DNA of 64,000 nt from Octopus sinensis (Eukaryota), in NCBI RefSeq assembly GCF_006345805.1, contig NC_043007.1, positions 35,898,001 to 35,962,000 of the forward strand, written 5' to 3'. The notes beneath the pieces were generated by a model. That model made no database searches and was not told the origin of the DNA. It saw nothing but the letters and a program-made list of their open reading frames with translations. Both the position numbers and the translations under genes were made by a program. This document shows, one piece after another, positions 49,347 to 62,456 of the stretch. Position 1 is the stretch's first letter; each line of letters starts with the position of its first letter.

Positions 49347-49486
49347 AGATAACTCATTCTCATAGAAGGCATCATTTCTTTAGAGGTGGGCATAGACATG
49401 TTAAACGTCCAACAGTCCAACCTGACTATGGTCATCACCATCACTATGACTACGATCATGAGGAGAATGACTACTACTATCAATAA
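49347..49486 (+). CDS. Terminal coding exon of the EGF-domain gene: His/Tyr/Asp-rich tail
   Basis: TTTGTCATTTCAG|AG ATA ACT...CAA TAA; (K)ITHSHRRHHFFRGGHRHVKRPTVQPDYGHHHHYDYDHEENDYYYQ*; phase 1 start; GTAAGC donor at 49495. Confidence 0.75.
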
Positions 49487-49720
49487 CTCAACCAGTAAGC
49501 TCCTCTACAAAATAATAATGATAATGATAATGATGATGATAATGATAATAATGATGATGATAATAATAATAATGATAACAATAATAATAATAATAATAAT
49601 AATATATTATTATTACTATTACTACCCATGTAGTAATAGTTTTTTAACTTTAAAAAATTTTTTTTTTTAAATGAACGAACTATTGAGTTTAGTTTAATGG
49701 CCTACCAATGTATACTATGA

Positions 49721-49785
49721 GTTTCTTTGCCCTAGGAGTCGGGAAGACACTCGGCAAGAAATGGAAGCAAATTTGAAAGAAAAAG

Positions 49786-49828
<43 letters not shown>

Positions 49829-49860
49829 TAATAATAATGATAATAATTACAATAATGATT
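49721..49860 (+). mobile_element. 3' UTR fragment of the R4/Dong-like family plus (AAT)n
   Basis: GCCCTAGG.GT..GGAA.ACAC..GGC.AGAAA.GGAA matches 48535-48605. Confidence 0.6.
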
Positions 49861-50214
49861 AATAAATTAGTTAAAACCAACTGAAATATATTTCAAGAGA
49901 AAATTATGAAGAAATGGATATATTTGGAATGGAATTGATTGTTATGAGAATAAAGAACACAGTATGTACAATAATGATTTCTGATTCCGTTTTTTTTTAA
50001 AATTTTAACAAAACCCATCCACCCACCCAATATATCTACAGCTAATATTGAGAAAATGCTTAGTGTTTTTACTATATAAATTCAAGAAGGTGGTGATGTA
50101 CTGAATGATGAATGCAAAAGAACCCCAAAAAAACACAATTGAATTAAAGTTTGCCTCTTAGATGAAGGGTTTCAAAACGGGGATAAAAAGATTTCGACAA
50201 ATGCACCTGATTGA

Positions 50215-50615
50215 TTTACTCTCTTTACTCTTTTACTTGTTTCAGTCATTTTACTGTAGCCATGCTGGAGCACCGCCTTTAGTCGAGAAAATCGTCCCCA
50301 GGACTTATTCTTTGTAAGCCTAGCATTTATTCTATAGGTTTCTTTTTGCCGAACTGCTAAGATATAGGGGACGTAAACACACCAGCATCGGTTGTCAAGC
50401 AATGTTGGGGGGACAAACACAGACACACACATACGCATATATGTATATACATATATACGATGGGCTTCTTTCAGTTTCTGTCTACTAAATCCACTCACAA
50501 GGCTTTGGTTGGCCTGAGGCTATAGTAGAAGACACTTGCCCAAGGTGCCACGCAGTGGGACTGAACCCAGAACCATGTGGCTGGTAAGCCAGCTACTTTC
50601 CACACAGCCACTCCT
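50215..50615 (-). mobile_element. SINE family A, full length
   Basis: Full match including the (GAGTAAAA)n tail. Confidence 0.88.
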
Positions 50616-50944
50616 ACGTCTATTGGTAAAATTAAATGATTAATTAAATAATTGATTAGTTAGTTGGTTAAATAGTTAACCAATTGATGAACAACAAAGA
50701 AGCGAAATTGAAAAAGTGTATGTGTGTGTGTGTTTATTAGCATAATGACACCTCCCAAGATTCAACGAAAATAAAAGACAAAAGCCTAATGTTAACCATT
50801 GGTGAGTCCCATAGAAAAGGGGAGATAATTTGAAGGCATTAAGGACTAATTTCACACAATCATCACTTTCTGTGCTTTGGGAAAATTTTGCAACTACCAC
50901 ATCAAACCATTTGCAGCTGCAATCACTGTGATAATGCACCATCT

Positions 50945-51180
50945 ATTTATTTATTATTTCTTTATTGCCCTTAAGGGGCTAAACATAGAGGGGACAAATA
51001 AGGACAGACAAAAGATTAAGTCGATTACATTGACCCCAGTGTGTAACTGGTACTTAATTTATTGACCCCGAAAGGATGAAAGGCAAAGTCGACCTCGGCG
51101 AAATTTGAACTCAGAATCTAACAGTAGACGAAATACCATTAAGCATTTCGCCTGGCATGCTAATGTTTCTCTCAGGTTGC
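50945..51180 (-). mobile_element. SINE family B
   Basis: Reverse complement of the consensus. Confidence 0.8.
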
Positions 51181-52203
51181 CATCTATTTATTTATACTAA
51201 GAGATCAGAACTTCTTTGATCATTCTTTCATATACCCAGTCTTATCTATTAATTAATCTTACTTTGCTTCCTTATTCCCAGAATAGACGCAGGTATGGCT
51301 GATGGCTGTGCGGTTAAGGTGTTTGTTTCCTAACCATGTAGTTTTGAGTTCAGTCCCACTATGCAGAACCTTGGGCATGTATCTTCTACTATAGCTTTGG
51401 GCTGACCAAAGTCTACTGAATCGATTAGGTAGAAGGAAAGTAAAAAAAAATCCCATTGTTATAAATATACCTGTACCTGTGTGTGTTTATATTTGCTCTT
51501 CTTCACCAATTGGAAGTGGTGACTTTATCAGTTTCCTTGTCAGCAAATCATCTCATGGATTTGCAGCAGCTAAATCCTCAGTATTTTCCCTGGTTAACAT
51601 TGTGTGTATGAGCAAACATGTATGTGTTCCCTGTGTCTTGACATCTGTGTGTTAATTGTAAACAGAAGTCACCGTCATGCAAAATGCAAAAAAATGATAT
51701 CCTTTATTTACAATCCTTCCCTAAAAGCATATACAGCCATTGGGCTGTGTACAGTTCAAAGGACAAAGGGAAATAATACATTCCTTGTAAACCGGTGAGG
51801 GTCAGTGACTGTAAGAGCATCCAGCCCTAGAAAAATCTGCAAGACTCATCCAACCCACACAAGAATGGAAAAGTGGACATTAAAGGAAAGAATAGTGTAT
51901 ATCCTTATAATGACTACAAAAAACCAACAAGAGGGCAGTGCTCTTGCTAATTCTTTTTTTTTTTTAATGTTCTTAAATTCTGAAAAAATTCATTAAAAAG
52001 TCAATTTGCATTTTTATTTCTTCTTATAATATTAGAAATTGCATTTTCATAATGAATGTAATTAATTTTCTTTATTTGTGTGTATCTAATAACATTTCCT
52101 TCAATAAGACCATATCAATTTACATGTAATACAATACAAAATATTTCTTGTCTTTAGCATAATGCAATGACTGTATATAACTTGAAAAATTTAAGCTCAG
52201 CTA

Positions 52204-52259
<56 letters not shown>

Positions 52260-52271
52260 TCTGTCTTATCT

Positions 52272-52910
52272 ATAATAATAATAATGAAATTATTGTATAC
52301 AGTGCTCAGGTGCACCACAACTAGTCAAAAGTGCGTATAAAGCATATGCAGTAATGCACAAATGTCTGGAAAGTGAACAGTGTATGAGTCAGATACATGC
52401 TTGCGTTTGTATGGAGGGGAGAAAATCAGGTGTAGTGTTGACGAATCTCAGGAAGCATGGTAGTTTTGAAGGATGCAGTGCTCCGACAACTAACAACTGA
52501 TGCCAGCAGTTTGTTCCATGCTTCAGCAACTCTTAGCGTGAAAAAATGTTTCCGAAAGTCATGGGAGCTGTGCTGTTTTCTGACTTTCTAAACATGCCCA
52601 TGGGTGTTAGACAGGTGGAGTTTGAAAAAGTGCTCAGAGTTATTGTTTGTAAGATGGTTAATAATTTTATGGGTTCTATCTATTGTGTTTCCCAGTCTGG
52701 GGTTTGCAGACACCTGGAGATCCACAAAGACAATATAGAGGAGGTGGAGCTGTGTTCAAAATTTGTTGAACAGACAGACTTTTCAAAGTCTTGGCATCTG
52801 TGGGAAAAATTCATTAAAAAAAAATTGGGTCCTAGATAGTAAAAAGATTAGATTGAGGACTACTCCGAGTAGTCAGAAGTAAAGGAGCAGATCCCATAAT
52901 CTTTGCAACC
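52272..52910 (-). mobile_element. CR1-like LINE 3' fragment
   Basis: (-) ...FSRFTLRVAEAWNKLLASVVSCRSTASFKTTMLPEIRQHYT*-type C-terminus (frameshifted upstream), with (TTA)n tail. Confidence 0.8.
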
Positions 52911-53124
52911 CTTCTCTCACCCACTTTAGACCTGCTGAGGTCGTTGTTGTTATTAGTACCATTGATGGTGGTGGTCGTGGTTTTGTTGTTGTTTAGCCCC
53001 AGGTCAACCCAGATGCAGCAGACTTATGATCAAAGCTGTTGTAGTTTTGACCATCTCATCCTTATTTTTCTTTCAGACTACCTTATCAGATGTGTTCTTC
53101 ATTTTGCTTAAGACAACAGTGCAG

Positions 53125-53340
53125 TCTCTTTGATTTCGGGACACTTTGGAGTTCAATTCACAAAATATTACTGTTATATTGGAGTTTAATATATAAAAAT
53201 ATTACTGTCACATTGGAAATCAATCAGTAAAAAAAATCCTGTCACACTGGAGATCGATCAATAAACAAGTAGTGTTAAACTGGAAATCAATCAACGAAAG
53301 ATTACTGTCACACTTGAGATTAATCAATAAAAAATTACAA
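53125..53340 (+). repeat. ~35-bp minisatellite (ATTACTGTCACA.TGGA.ATCAATCAATAAAA)n
   Basis: About six degenerate units read directly. Confidence 0.75.
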
Positions 53341-53774
53341 TAATCTATAAAAAAAATTTTCCTGCACTTTACATGGAGTCTGACGGTTTACCACTGAGCC
53401 ATGCTTTAATAATCTTACCTATTTATAACTTAATAATGGATACTACATTTTTGCAAGTCTCCATATATCAATATGGATTTTCTACAGCCTTCAATTATAG
53501 TTTTAGAAATTTGTGGTGCACCCAGATACCCATTATAGTACACAAATGCACTGAAGTGTACCATTTTTGAACCAACCACTGTGGTAGGATATAATTTGAG
53601 GATTTTCTACAGGGAGCATGCCCTTGCTTGCCTCAGCAAGGCAGGGACGCTTCTCCTTCAGACCCCTTTCAGAGTACCCCTACCTATATATTATACATAC
53701 ATACATAATACATACATACATACATACATACATAATATATATATGTATATAATATATATATATATGTATATATC

Positions 53775-53805
<31 letters not shown>

Positions 53806-54409
53806 TTATATATATATATATATACACACACACACATGCACACACACACACACACACACCACACACACAACACAATATATATACACTCACACACACTACA
53901 TACACACACACATATATCTTTTATAGATTATCTTATACCGATTTCAGTCATTGGATTGCAGCCATTCTGTGCCTCCTTTGACTGGCACTTTATTTCATTG
54001 ATTCCCCAAAAAGATGAATGGCAAAGTTAACCTCAGCAGGATTTGAACTTGGAATAAAAAGAACCAGAAAAAGTACATCTAAGCATTTTGTCCACCACAC
54101 TAACAATTCTGGCAACTCAATAATGAACTTATTAACACCTTTGATAATAGGTCTGCTCAACCAGGACTGGACCTGGGACTAAACAATAACAATAACAACA
54201 ACAACAACAGCAGCAATCAAACAATGTGCATGATGAAAAGTTGTGTAATAACAATTCGTAACAATTGATTAATTAAATAAAAAGACAATCTCTCTCTTAC
54301 TTTTCCTTATTTTTCTTATCTTTTTCCCTATCACACCTTCTGTATCACTCCCCCCTTACTCACCTTCTCTCACCTATCTCCCTCTATCTCAATCTCTCTT
54401 TCTCTTCAT

Positions 54410-54449
54410 CGCACACACATGCACACACACACACACACACACACACTCA

Positions 54450-54484
<35 letters not shown>

Positions 54485-54760
54485 AGACACACACACACAC
54501 ACACTCACACGCACACACACACTCAGACATACATACACACACACACACAGACACACACACACTCACACGCACACACACACTCAGACACACACACACACTC
54601 AAACACACACACTCACACGCACACACACACACACTCAGACACACACACACTCACACGCACACACACACACTCAGACACACACACTCACACGCACGCACAC
54701 ACTCAGACACACACACGCTCACACGCACACACACACACTCAGACACACACACACACACAC
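54410..54760. repeat. (CA)n with ACTCAG interruptions
   Basis: Read directly. Confidence 0.95.
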
Positions 54761-55434
54761 TTTCCTTTTTTCTCTTCATCTCCCTCTCTTTTCCCTGTAT
54801 TTCTTTACCCTTTCTCCTGCTTTCACTTCTTCACTGTTTTCTCACTGCCCCCCTCTCTCTTTGGATCAAATTCTCTCTCTCTCTCTCTCTCTCTCTTCTC
54901 AGTGACTTTCTCTTTCTCTCTCTCTTTCATTCTCTGTGTTTCACATACTCTTTCACCTCCTCCCTCTCTCTCTCTCTTCACCTTAAGTCAATGCTAATCT
55001 AATCCATCTTCCATTAAGGTAATTTGGTGGGTGATATTCAGTGTTTTCTAGTAAGAACAAAAATCTTGGTTAATCCACCCATCAAACTACCATGATATTA
55101 GCAAGAGGAGGGGTAGTAATTGGCAGTTAACTATTATAGGGGAGGAGATGTGATATGAGCATGGGTGGGGGTAGTGTTTGTTGTGATGGGGGAGGGTAAC
55201 TTAAACGGAGAGAAATAAGTCCAAAACAACATCTACACTAAGAATGAACCTGGTGTTCACACATAAACATTAAATCAGATTGTGACAATTTAACCCACAT
55301 TAATTACTGGTATCATGTCATGTATAAACACCAGTGTAGTTTTGCTGCCTCAGGCAGCGATTATCAGATTTTATGATGGAAATGGTTTCACGGCATTTCC
55401 TTTTTATTTTGTAGTTAAATATGTATCAATACAT

Positions 55435-55664
<230 letters not shown>

Positions 55665-55792
55665 CACTGCTAAATAACACTATCAGATGAAACTACCAAC
55701 AGCTTCAACAGGCAATACAAGTCAACACTGCTAGACAATACCACCAGACAAGTTTATTAAACAACAAAACACAAAAAGCTACCATCCGACAT

Positions 55793-55822
<30 letters not shown>

Positions 55823-55824
<2 letters not shown>

Positions 55825-56255
55825 GGCGCAGGAGTGGCTATGTGGTAAGTAGATTGCTTACCAACCACATTGTTCCGGGTTCAGTCCCATTGCGTGGCAC
55901 CTTGGGCAAGTGTCTTCTACTATAGCCTAGGGCCGACCGAAACTTTGAGAGTGGATTTGGTAGACGGAAACTGAAAGAAGCCCATCATATATATGTGTGT
56001 ATATATGTGTGTGTGTATATGTGCCTGTTGTATATATGTATATACACATATGTGTATATGTGTATATGTTTGTGTGTCTGTGTGTCCCCCAACATCACTT
56101 GACAACCGATGCTGGTGTGTTTACATCCCCGCAAAAGAGACTAATAGAATAAGTGTTAGGCTCGCAAATAATAAGTCCTGGTTTTAATTTGCTCGACTAA
56201 AGGCGGTGCTCCAGCATGGCCTCAGTCAAATGACTGAAACAAGTAAAAGAGTAAA
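55823..56255 (+). mobile_element. SINE family A, full length
   Basis: AGGCGCAGGAGTGGCTATGTGGTAAG head through GAGTAAAA tail. Confidence 0.88.
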
Positions 56256-56917
56256 AAGAGAGAGAGAGTATAAAATGTCTTTCTTCAGTCATTTGTTTTT
56301 AAGGCCAGTTTCCTAGATTCTGTGACAAATATATTCCCCACCTGGCAAATATATTCCCCATTGCAGGATTACTTATTTTTGCCAGCTGAGTGAACTGGAG
56401 CCTTGTGAAATGAAATGTTTTGCTCAAGAATGCAATGCATCACTCAGTCCAGGAAACAAAACCACATTTTATGATCATGAGTGTAATACCCCAACCACTA
56501 AGCCACTGTTACATATGTAACACATACGTAACACATACATAATGAAAGACACCCTGCAGAATGAGATTGTCAATAAAATAGAAATAAAGTTTAAAAATCT
56601 ATTCCTTCTGTGTGATCTGATGCCAAATAATCCAAGGCCCAAAACTGGTCAGCAGCTGAGTGGTAGTGGACCTCTGCTCTACAGAGCCAAAGATGGGGGA
56701 TTATAGATGGTATTATGTCTGCTTGTAATGAAATGGTTGCTTAAGTCTATTATTGAAAGCATGGTTTGCGCTGAATCTGCTCATATTCAATTGTGAATGA
56801 CAACCATAATAGGTGGTAAATAATTCATATGTGGATTATACATACATGTGTCTAATGATTATGAATGTATACGACCATATAAAAGCTTGTGTACACACAG
56901 ACACACAAACACACACA

Positions 56918-56972
<55 letters not shown>

Positions 56973-57206
56973 TATTGTATTCTTTTATTTGCTTCAGTCC
57001 TTTGACTGCAGCCATAATGGCGCGCTGCATTAAAGGGATTTTTAGTCGAAGAAATTGACTCCAGGACTTATTCCTTGTAAGCCTAGTACTTATTCTATTG
57101 GTCTCTTTTACCAAACTGCTAAGTTATGGGGATATAAACACACCAACACCGGTTGTCAAGTGACAGTGGGAGGACAAACACAGACACAAAGACACACACA
57201 CATAAA

Positions 57207-57242
<36 letters not shown>

Positions 57243-57547
57243 CATATGTATATATTTTTAAAGTAGAAGCAATAGCTAAGATTTTTTGACTGCTATTTCT
57301 AAACTTTGGTATGTGGTGAAGCAATTCTTTGCTGAACCCTAATTATAAAATATATATATATACATATGTATATATACATGTATGTATGTATGTATGTATG
57401 TATGTCAGCCGAAATTGCGAGGATGATCCGGTTCTTGACTGAAGATTGAAGGCTTCGAATGTGTCCCGTCCGTGTTTTTTGTATTGTCTTCTAAATGTTG
57501 TGCGTTCTTTTCCCAGTTTGTATTTTTTACATATACATATATTTATA

Positions 57548-57599
<52 letters not shown>

Positions 57600-58709
57600 C
57601 AGATGAAGTTTAGTAGCACTATCTTGGCCGAGTGTGAGGTATGTGGTAGCAGAAAATCTTCACATAAGATGCTGTTCTGTGGTTTACAAATAGATACCAA
57701 ATCCTGTTATAATAAATACTTAAAGCATCTAAGTTTTCATTCAAACTATTGGAAACAACCACCAAATCTCACTTATATTATATTCTACTGTCTTAAAAAA
57801 ATACACATTGCATAGAATAATCCGGATACACCCAGATACCTATTCCAGGAGGATGGGCGGGGGCGGGATTAGAATGTCTTAGGTGGTTTGCCTGGTCTGA
57901 GATTAACCCTGTTTCACAATACCATATAACTATGTGAAGTGCAATGTGTGTTAGTGTACATATACTGAGGAGAAAAACTAGTTTAATTCTCTCGTAGGTT
58001 GTGGCAATGTTAACTAACTGGAAAAAAAAACTACCTAATGAGAGCAACTACAAAACACACCTAAAGATATTTGTTTTTGTCTGTTTCACCGTTTGAAATA
58101 ATATTTCGTCATTTTAGTTGCCAAATAACAAATGGAATCTTTGTTATTTATATTAAAGCTTTGTCCTCAATTAATGCTAATGCTTTTGGGAAGGACTAAT
58201 AATTTTAACATATTTTTTTGCTCTAATTCTAAAACTTTATGGCTAATTAAGTATAAAGTGGTGGGTTTCATTGCTTCTGATGTTTCATCATCCAAAAACT
58301 ACAGTAGTATTACATACAACACATCAATCCTTATTTATGGATTCATTTATTACTGATTCAAGGTAACATATTACTCTAAATTGTGAAACATGTTACACAT
58401 ATCACAGATTGATCTGTGATAACGTGAGTCAGTAATCAGTTAAACTTTCCACTTGTACCCCAAAAGCATGCCTCAGTGACTATCCACGATACTCAACTAT
58501 CCAGAATGTACTGACTGGTGCTTGTGTTTACATCACCATGCTGCAAGTCTACATATTTTTTTTATATAGATTTATGTACTTGTCAGCATCCACCAAAGAA
58601 CAGAAAATCTATAAAAGCACCTGATCTCTGGAGATGTGCTGTGACTACAAAGACCCGGAATGCTTCAGGCACCAGTTCCACATAGCCCCTGCCCATTCAA
58701 AGTACCTTG

Positions 58710-59200
58710 GATCCCAGAACATCTCGCTGTGCTTGAGGAGACCTGTTGAGTCAAGTGCATGTACATGAACATCGAAACAAATATCAATGGAAATAGTAGT
58801 TGTGATACCTGTGCCGGTGGCACATAAAAAGCACCATCCGAACGTGGCCGATGCCAGCGCCGCTTCGACTGGCTTCTGTGCCGTTGTCACATAAAAAGCA
58901 CCATCCGAACGTGGCCGATGCCAGCGCCGCCTTGGCTGGCTTCCGTGCCGGTGGCACATTAAAAGCACCAACCGATCGTGGGCGATGCCAGACCCCGCCT
59001 GGCACCTGTGCAGGTGGCACGTAAAAAGCACCCACTACACTCACTCACGGAGTGGTTGGCGTTAGGAAGGGCATCCAGCTGTAGAACACTGCCAGATCAG
59101 ACTGGAGCCTGTGCAGCCCCTGGCTTCCCAGACCCGGTCGAACCGTCCAACCCGTGCTAGCGTGGAAAACGGATGTTAATAATGAATGATGATGATGATA
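58710..59200 (+). mobile_element. Family C repeat with an extra internal unit
   Basis: Homologous to 38590-38970, with four GGCACATAAAAAGCACC units. Confidence 0.8.
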
Positions 59201-59206
59201 TGATGA

Positions 59207-59239
<33 letters not shown>

Positions 59240-59290
59240 GTGTATATATATATATATAATATATGTGTATATATATAGATATATATTATC

Positions 59291-59321
<31 letters not shown>

Positions 59322-59643
59322 CATATATAATATATGTGTATATATAATATATATATACACGTGGGCTTCTTTCAGTTTCTGTCTATCATTCCACACACAA
59401 GGCTTTGGTTGATCTGGGCTATAGCCGAAGACACGTGCCCAGGTGCCACACACTGGCACTGAAACCAGAACCGTGTGTTGGGATATCAATATCTTCTTAC
59501 CAACAATATACCACTCCCTGCACCTATACACACACACACACACACACACACAGAAGTGCATGTGTGTGTATGAATTTGCATGCATGTGTACAAGTGTATA
59601 TGTGGGTATGTGTGTGAGTGTGTGTGTGTGTAAGTGTGTGTGT

Positions 59644-59687
<44 letters not shown>

Positions 59688-60211
59688 ATGTATGTGCATG
59701 TATGTTTGAGTATATACATGTCCTTGAGATAGTAGCTTGTTGCCAAAGCTTCCTTTTGTTGATGTTTAATACATTTTTATTCCATTTTTTTCCTCCCTCT
59801 CTTTCTCGTTTCATTATTTAATCAGCACTGATTGATTTTCCTCCTCTATAAAGAGCTAATCTCCATCAACATGACAGAACAGGAAGATGAACTACCAAAC
59901 CTACCAACAGCCACAATTACCTACCTATACAACCGCACTCACCAACTAACAACCACACTCACCTACTTACAGATAGCCACATTTACCTAGAAACAGCCAC
60001 CTACCAACGCCTGTACTCTCCTACCAACCATGACACTCACCACATTCCAACAACCAAACTAATTCATGAGCACAGGGACATTCATTCTAACTACCAATGG
60101 CTTCACCCATCTACCAACATTAATGCACAACTGATTTGAGGAGAAAGTTCAACATGTGGCAGGCATGGCTGTGTGGGAAGCAAGCTTCTTACCACACAGC
60201 TATGCCGCAGA

Positions 60212-60778
60212 GGCGGCGAGCTGGCAGAAACATTAGCACATCAGGCGAAATGCTTAGCGGTATTTCGTCTGCTGTTATGTTCTGAGTTCCGCCAAGATCG
60301 ACTTTGCTTTTCATCCTTTCGGGGTTGATAAATTAAGTACCAATTATGCACTGGGGTCGATATAATCGACTTAATCCATTTGTCTGTCCTTGTTTGTCCT
60401 CTCTGTGTTTAGCCCCTTGTGGGTAGTAAAGAAATAGGTATTTTGCTGCTGCTACATTCTGAGTTCAAATTCCGCCGCAGTCAACTTTGCCTTGCATCTT
60501 TTCGGGTTGATAAATTAAGTACCAGTTATGCACTGGGGTCATGACTTAATTTCTTTGTCCTTGTTTGTCCCCTCTATGTTTAGCCCCTTGTGGGTAGTAA
60601 AGAAATAGGTATTTCGTCTGCTGCTACGTTCTGAGTTCAAATTCTGCTGCGGTCAACTTTGCCTTGCATCTTTTCGGGGTTGATAAATTAAGTACCAGTT
60701 ATGCACTGGGGTCGTGACTTAATTTCTTTGTCCTTGTTTGTCCCCTCTATGTTTAGCCCCTTGTGGGCAGTAAAGAAA
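60212..60778 (+). mobile_element. SINE family B tandem trimer inserted in a family A SINE head
   Basis: Three core-tail units. The host resumes at TAAGAAGCTTGCTTCCCAACC (60779) and runs to ~61150. Confidence 0.85.
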
Positions 60779-60919
60779 TAAGAAGCTTGCTTCCCAACCA
60801 CATGGCTCTAAGTTCAGCCCCACTACATAGCACCTTCAGCAAGTGTCTTCTACTATAGCTTCAGGCTGACCAAAGCCTTGTGAGTGGTTCTGGTAAATGG
60901 AAACTGAAAGAAGCTCATC

Positions 60920-60951
<32 letters not shown>

Positions 60952-61169
60952 ATTTATGTGTGTTTGTCTTTGTGTCTGTTTGTCTCCATCACTGCTTGAC
61001 AACCGGTATTGGTGTGCTTGCATCCGCGTGACTTAGCAGTTTGGCAAAAAGAGGCTTTAAAAGAAAAAGATGCTGGGGTCAGTTTATTTGACTAAAATTC
61101 TTCAAGGCAGTGCCTCAGCATGGCCACAGTCTAATGACTGAAACCAGAACGAAATACATAAATGTGTGT

Positions 61170-61317
61170 GTGTGAAGTTCATCATTACCTTCTGCCAGAG
61201 CTGTGTAGAGCTTAGGTGTTTCGTTCATAAACACACACATCGCCCAGTCTGAGATTCGAACCCATGATCCCTTGACTGCAAATACACTGCTCTAACCACT
61301 AGGCCATGTGCCTCCAC
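61170..61317 (-). mobile_element. tRNA-derived SINE head (same family as 5055-5341)
   Basis: (-) GTGGAGGCACATGGCCTAGTGGTTAGAGC...GGGTTCGAATCTC. Confidence 0.7.
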
Positions 61318-62456
61318 TATATATATAATATGTATACATATATATTCATTTGTTTATGTATGTTTATGTACACACAGACGCAGACACACACACATATATA
61401 CATATAAGTTATTTTTTAACCATTGACCAACAGCCTGACCAGATATTAATATTTGTACCTTTTTGTGAGCTGGCAGAACCATTAACCAGCTGAGCAAAAT
61501 GCTTAATGGCATTTCATCCATCTTTACATTCTGAGTTCAAATTCTGCTGAAGTCGACTTTGCCTTTCATCATTTTGGGGCTGATAAAATAAGCACCAGTT
61601 GAGCACTGGGGTCAATGAACTTGACTTACCCTCTCCCTTGAAATTGCTGGCATTGTGCCAAATTTGAAACTAATATTTGTATTCTTCGGGTAAAAAAGCC
61701 CTGGCTAAACTTTTCTGGCCAATCATGATCGACAATAGTTTAATCATGCTTTCGACTACAGAATTATGATTTCATATGAATCTGTCCAATAACATTGCTT
61801 GGTCAAACATATATCTTAATTCATAATCCTTTCTACTAAAGGCACAAGGCCTGAAATTTTGGGGAAGGGGACTAGTCAATTACATCCACTCCAGTGTTTT
61901 ACTGGTACTTAATTTATTGACCCCCAAAAGGATGAAAGTCAAAATTGACCTCAGTAAAATTTGAACTCAGAACATAAAGACAGACGAAATGCCACTAAGC
62001 ATTTTGGCTGGCATGCTAACAATTCTGCCAGCTTGCTGCCTTATAGCTCTTATTTAATAATGTTGTGTTAAAATTATACCCCACCTCTATAACTCAATAT
62101 TGGGTGTGATCCCTTTTTTTACTTCCCCATTTTGAATTCTCAACATCATCCCTTCCTACTTTATATTCCTTGAAATGTATCTTTCTCCTATACACCCTCT
62201 CATATCGGCCTTGAATGTCCCCCACCCCAACCATTACGTTTGTTTGTCACTCACTATTTCCACCCCTATGTATCTCTGACCTCCATCTCTGTCACTGTGT
62301 ATCACACTCTCTCTCTCTCTCTCTCCACCACACACACTTCGCATCAACTCACTATTTCTTATTTATCTACAGCTTTATTATATTCTTGCTCTCCACCTAT
62401 AGCATTTTTTCGTATTGCCACCTATCCCCTCCTCCTTCTCCTCTCTGACCCATTTG

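Noticed and set aside
50741-50801. AG/GTGAGT-bounded 61-nt open segment
   Set aside because: Lies after the gene's stop codon with no coding partner; at most a UTR exon candidate.
54419-54997. 192-aa His/Thr-rich ORF
   Set aside because: (CA)n repeat; unrelated to the genuine His-rich exon at 49347.
57444-57470. CTGAAGA...TTCGAAT hammerhead-like string
   Set aside because: Stem II cannot close with an adequate loop and GAAA is absent; too decayed to call.
57603-57638. 36-nt mini-exon MKFSSTILAECE, and double GC box at 57855-57866
   Set aside because: Acceptor sits in (TA)n, no partner exons, and the motifs alone are not evidence.
58800-59040. Regularly spaced GGCACATAAAAAGCACC motifs resembling a CRISPR array
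   Set aside because: The intervening sequences are homologous to each other and belong to dispersed family C; eukaryotic context with no cas genes.
59885-60115. CCTACCAAC-rich strand-biased tract
   Set aside because: Degenerate low-complexity minisatellite with stops; no coding or structural signal.
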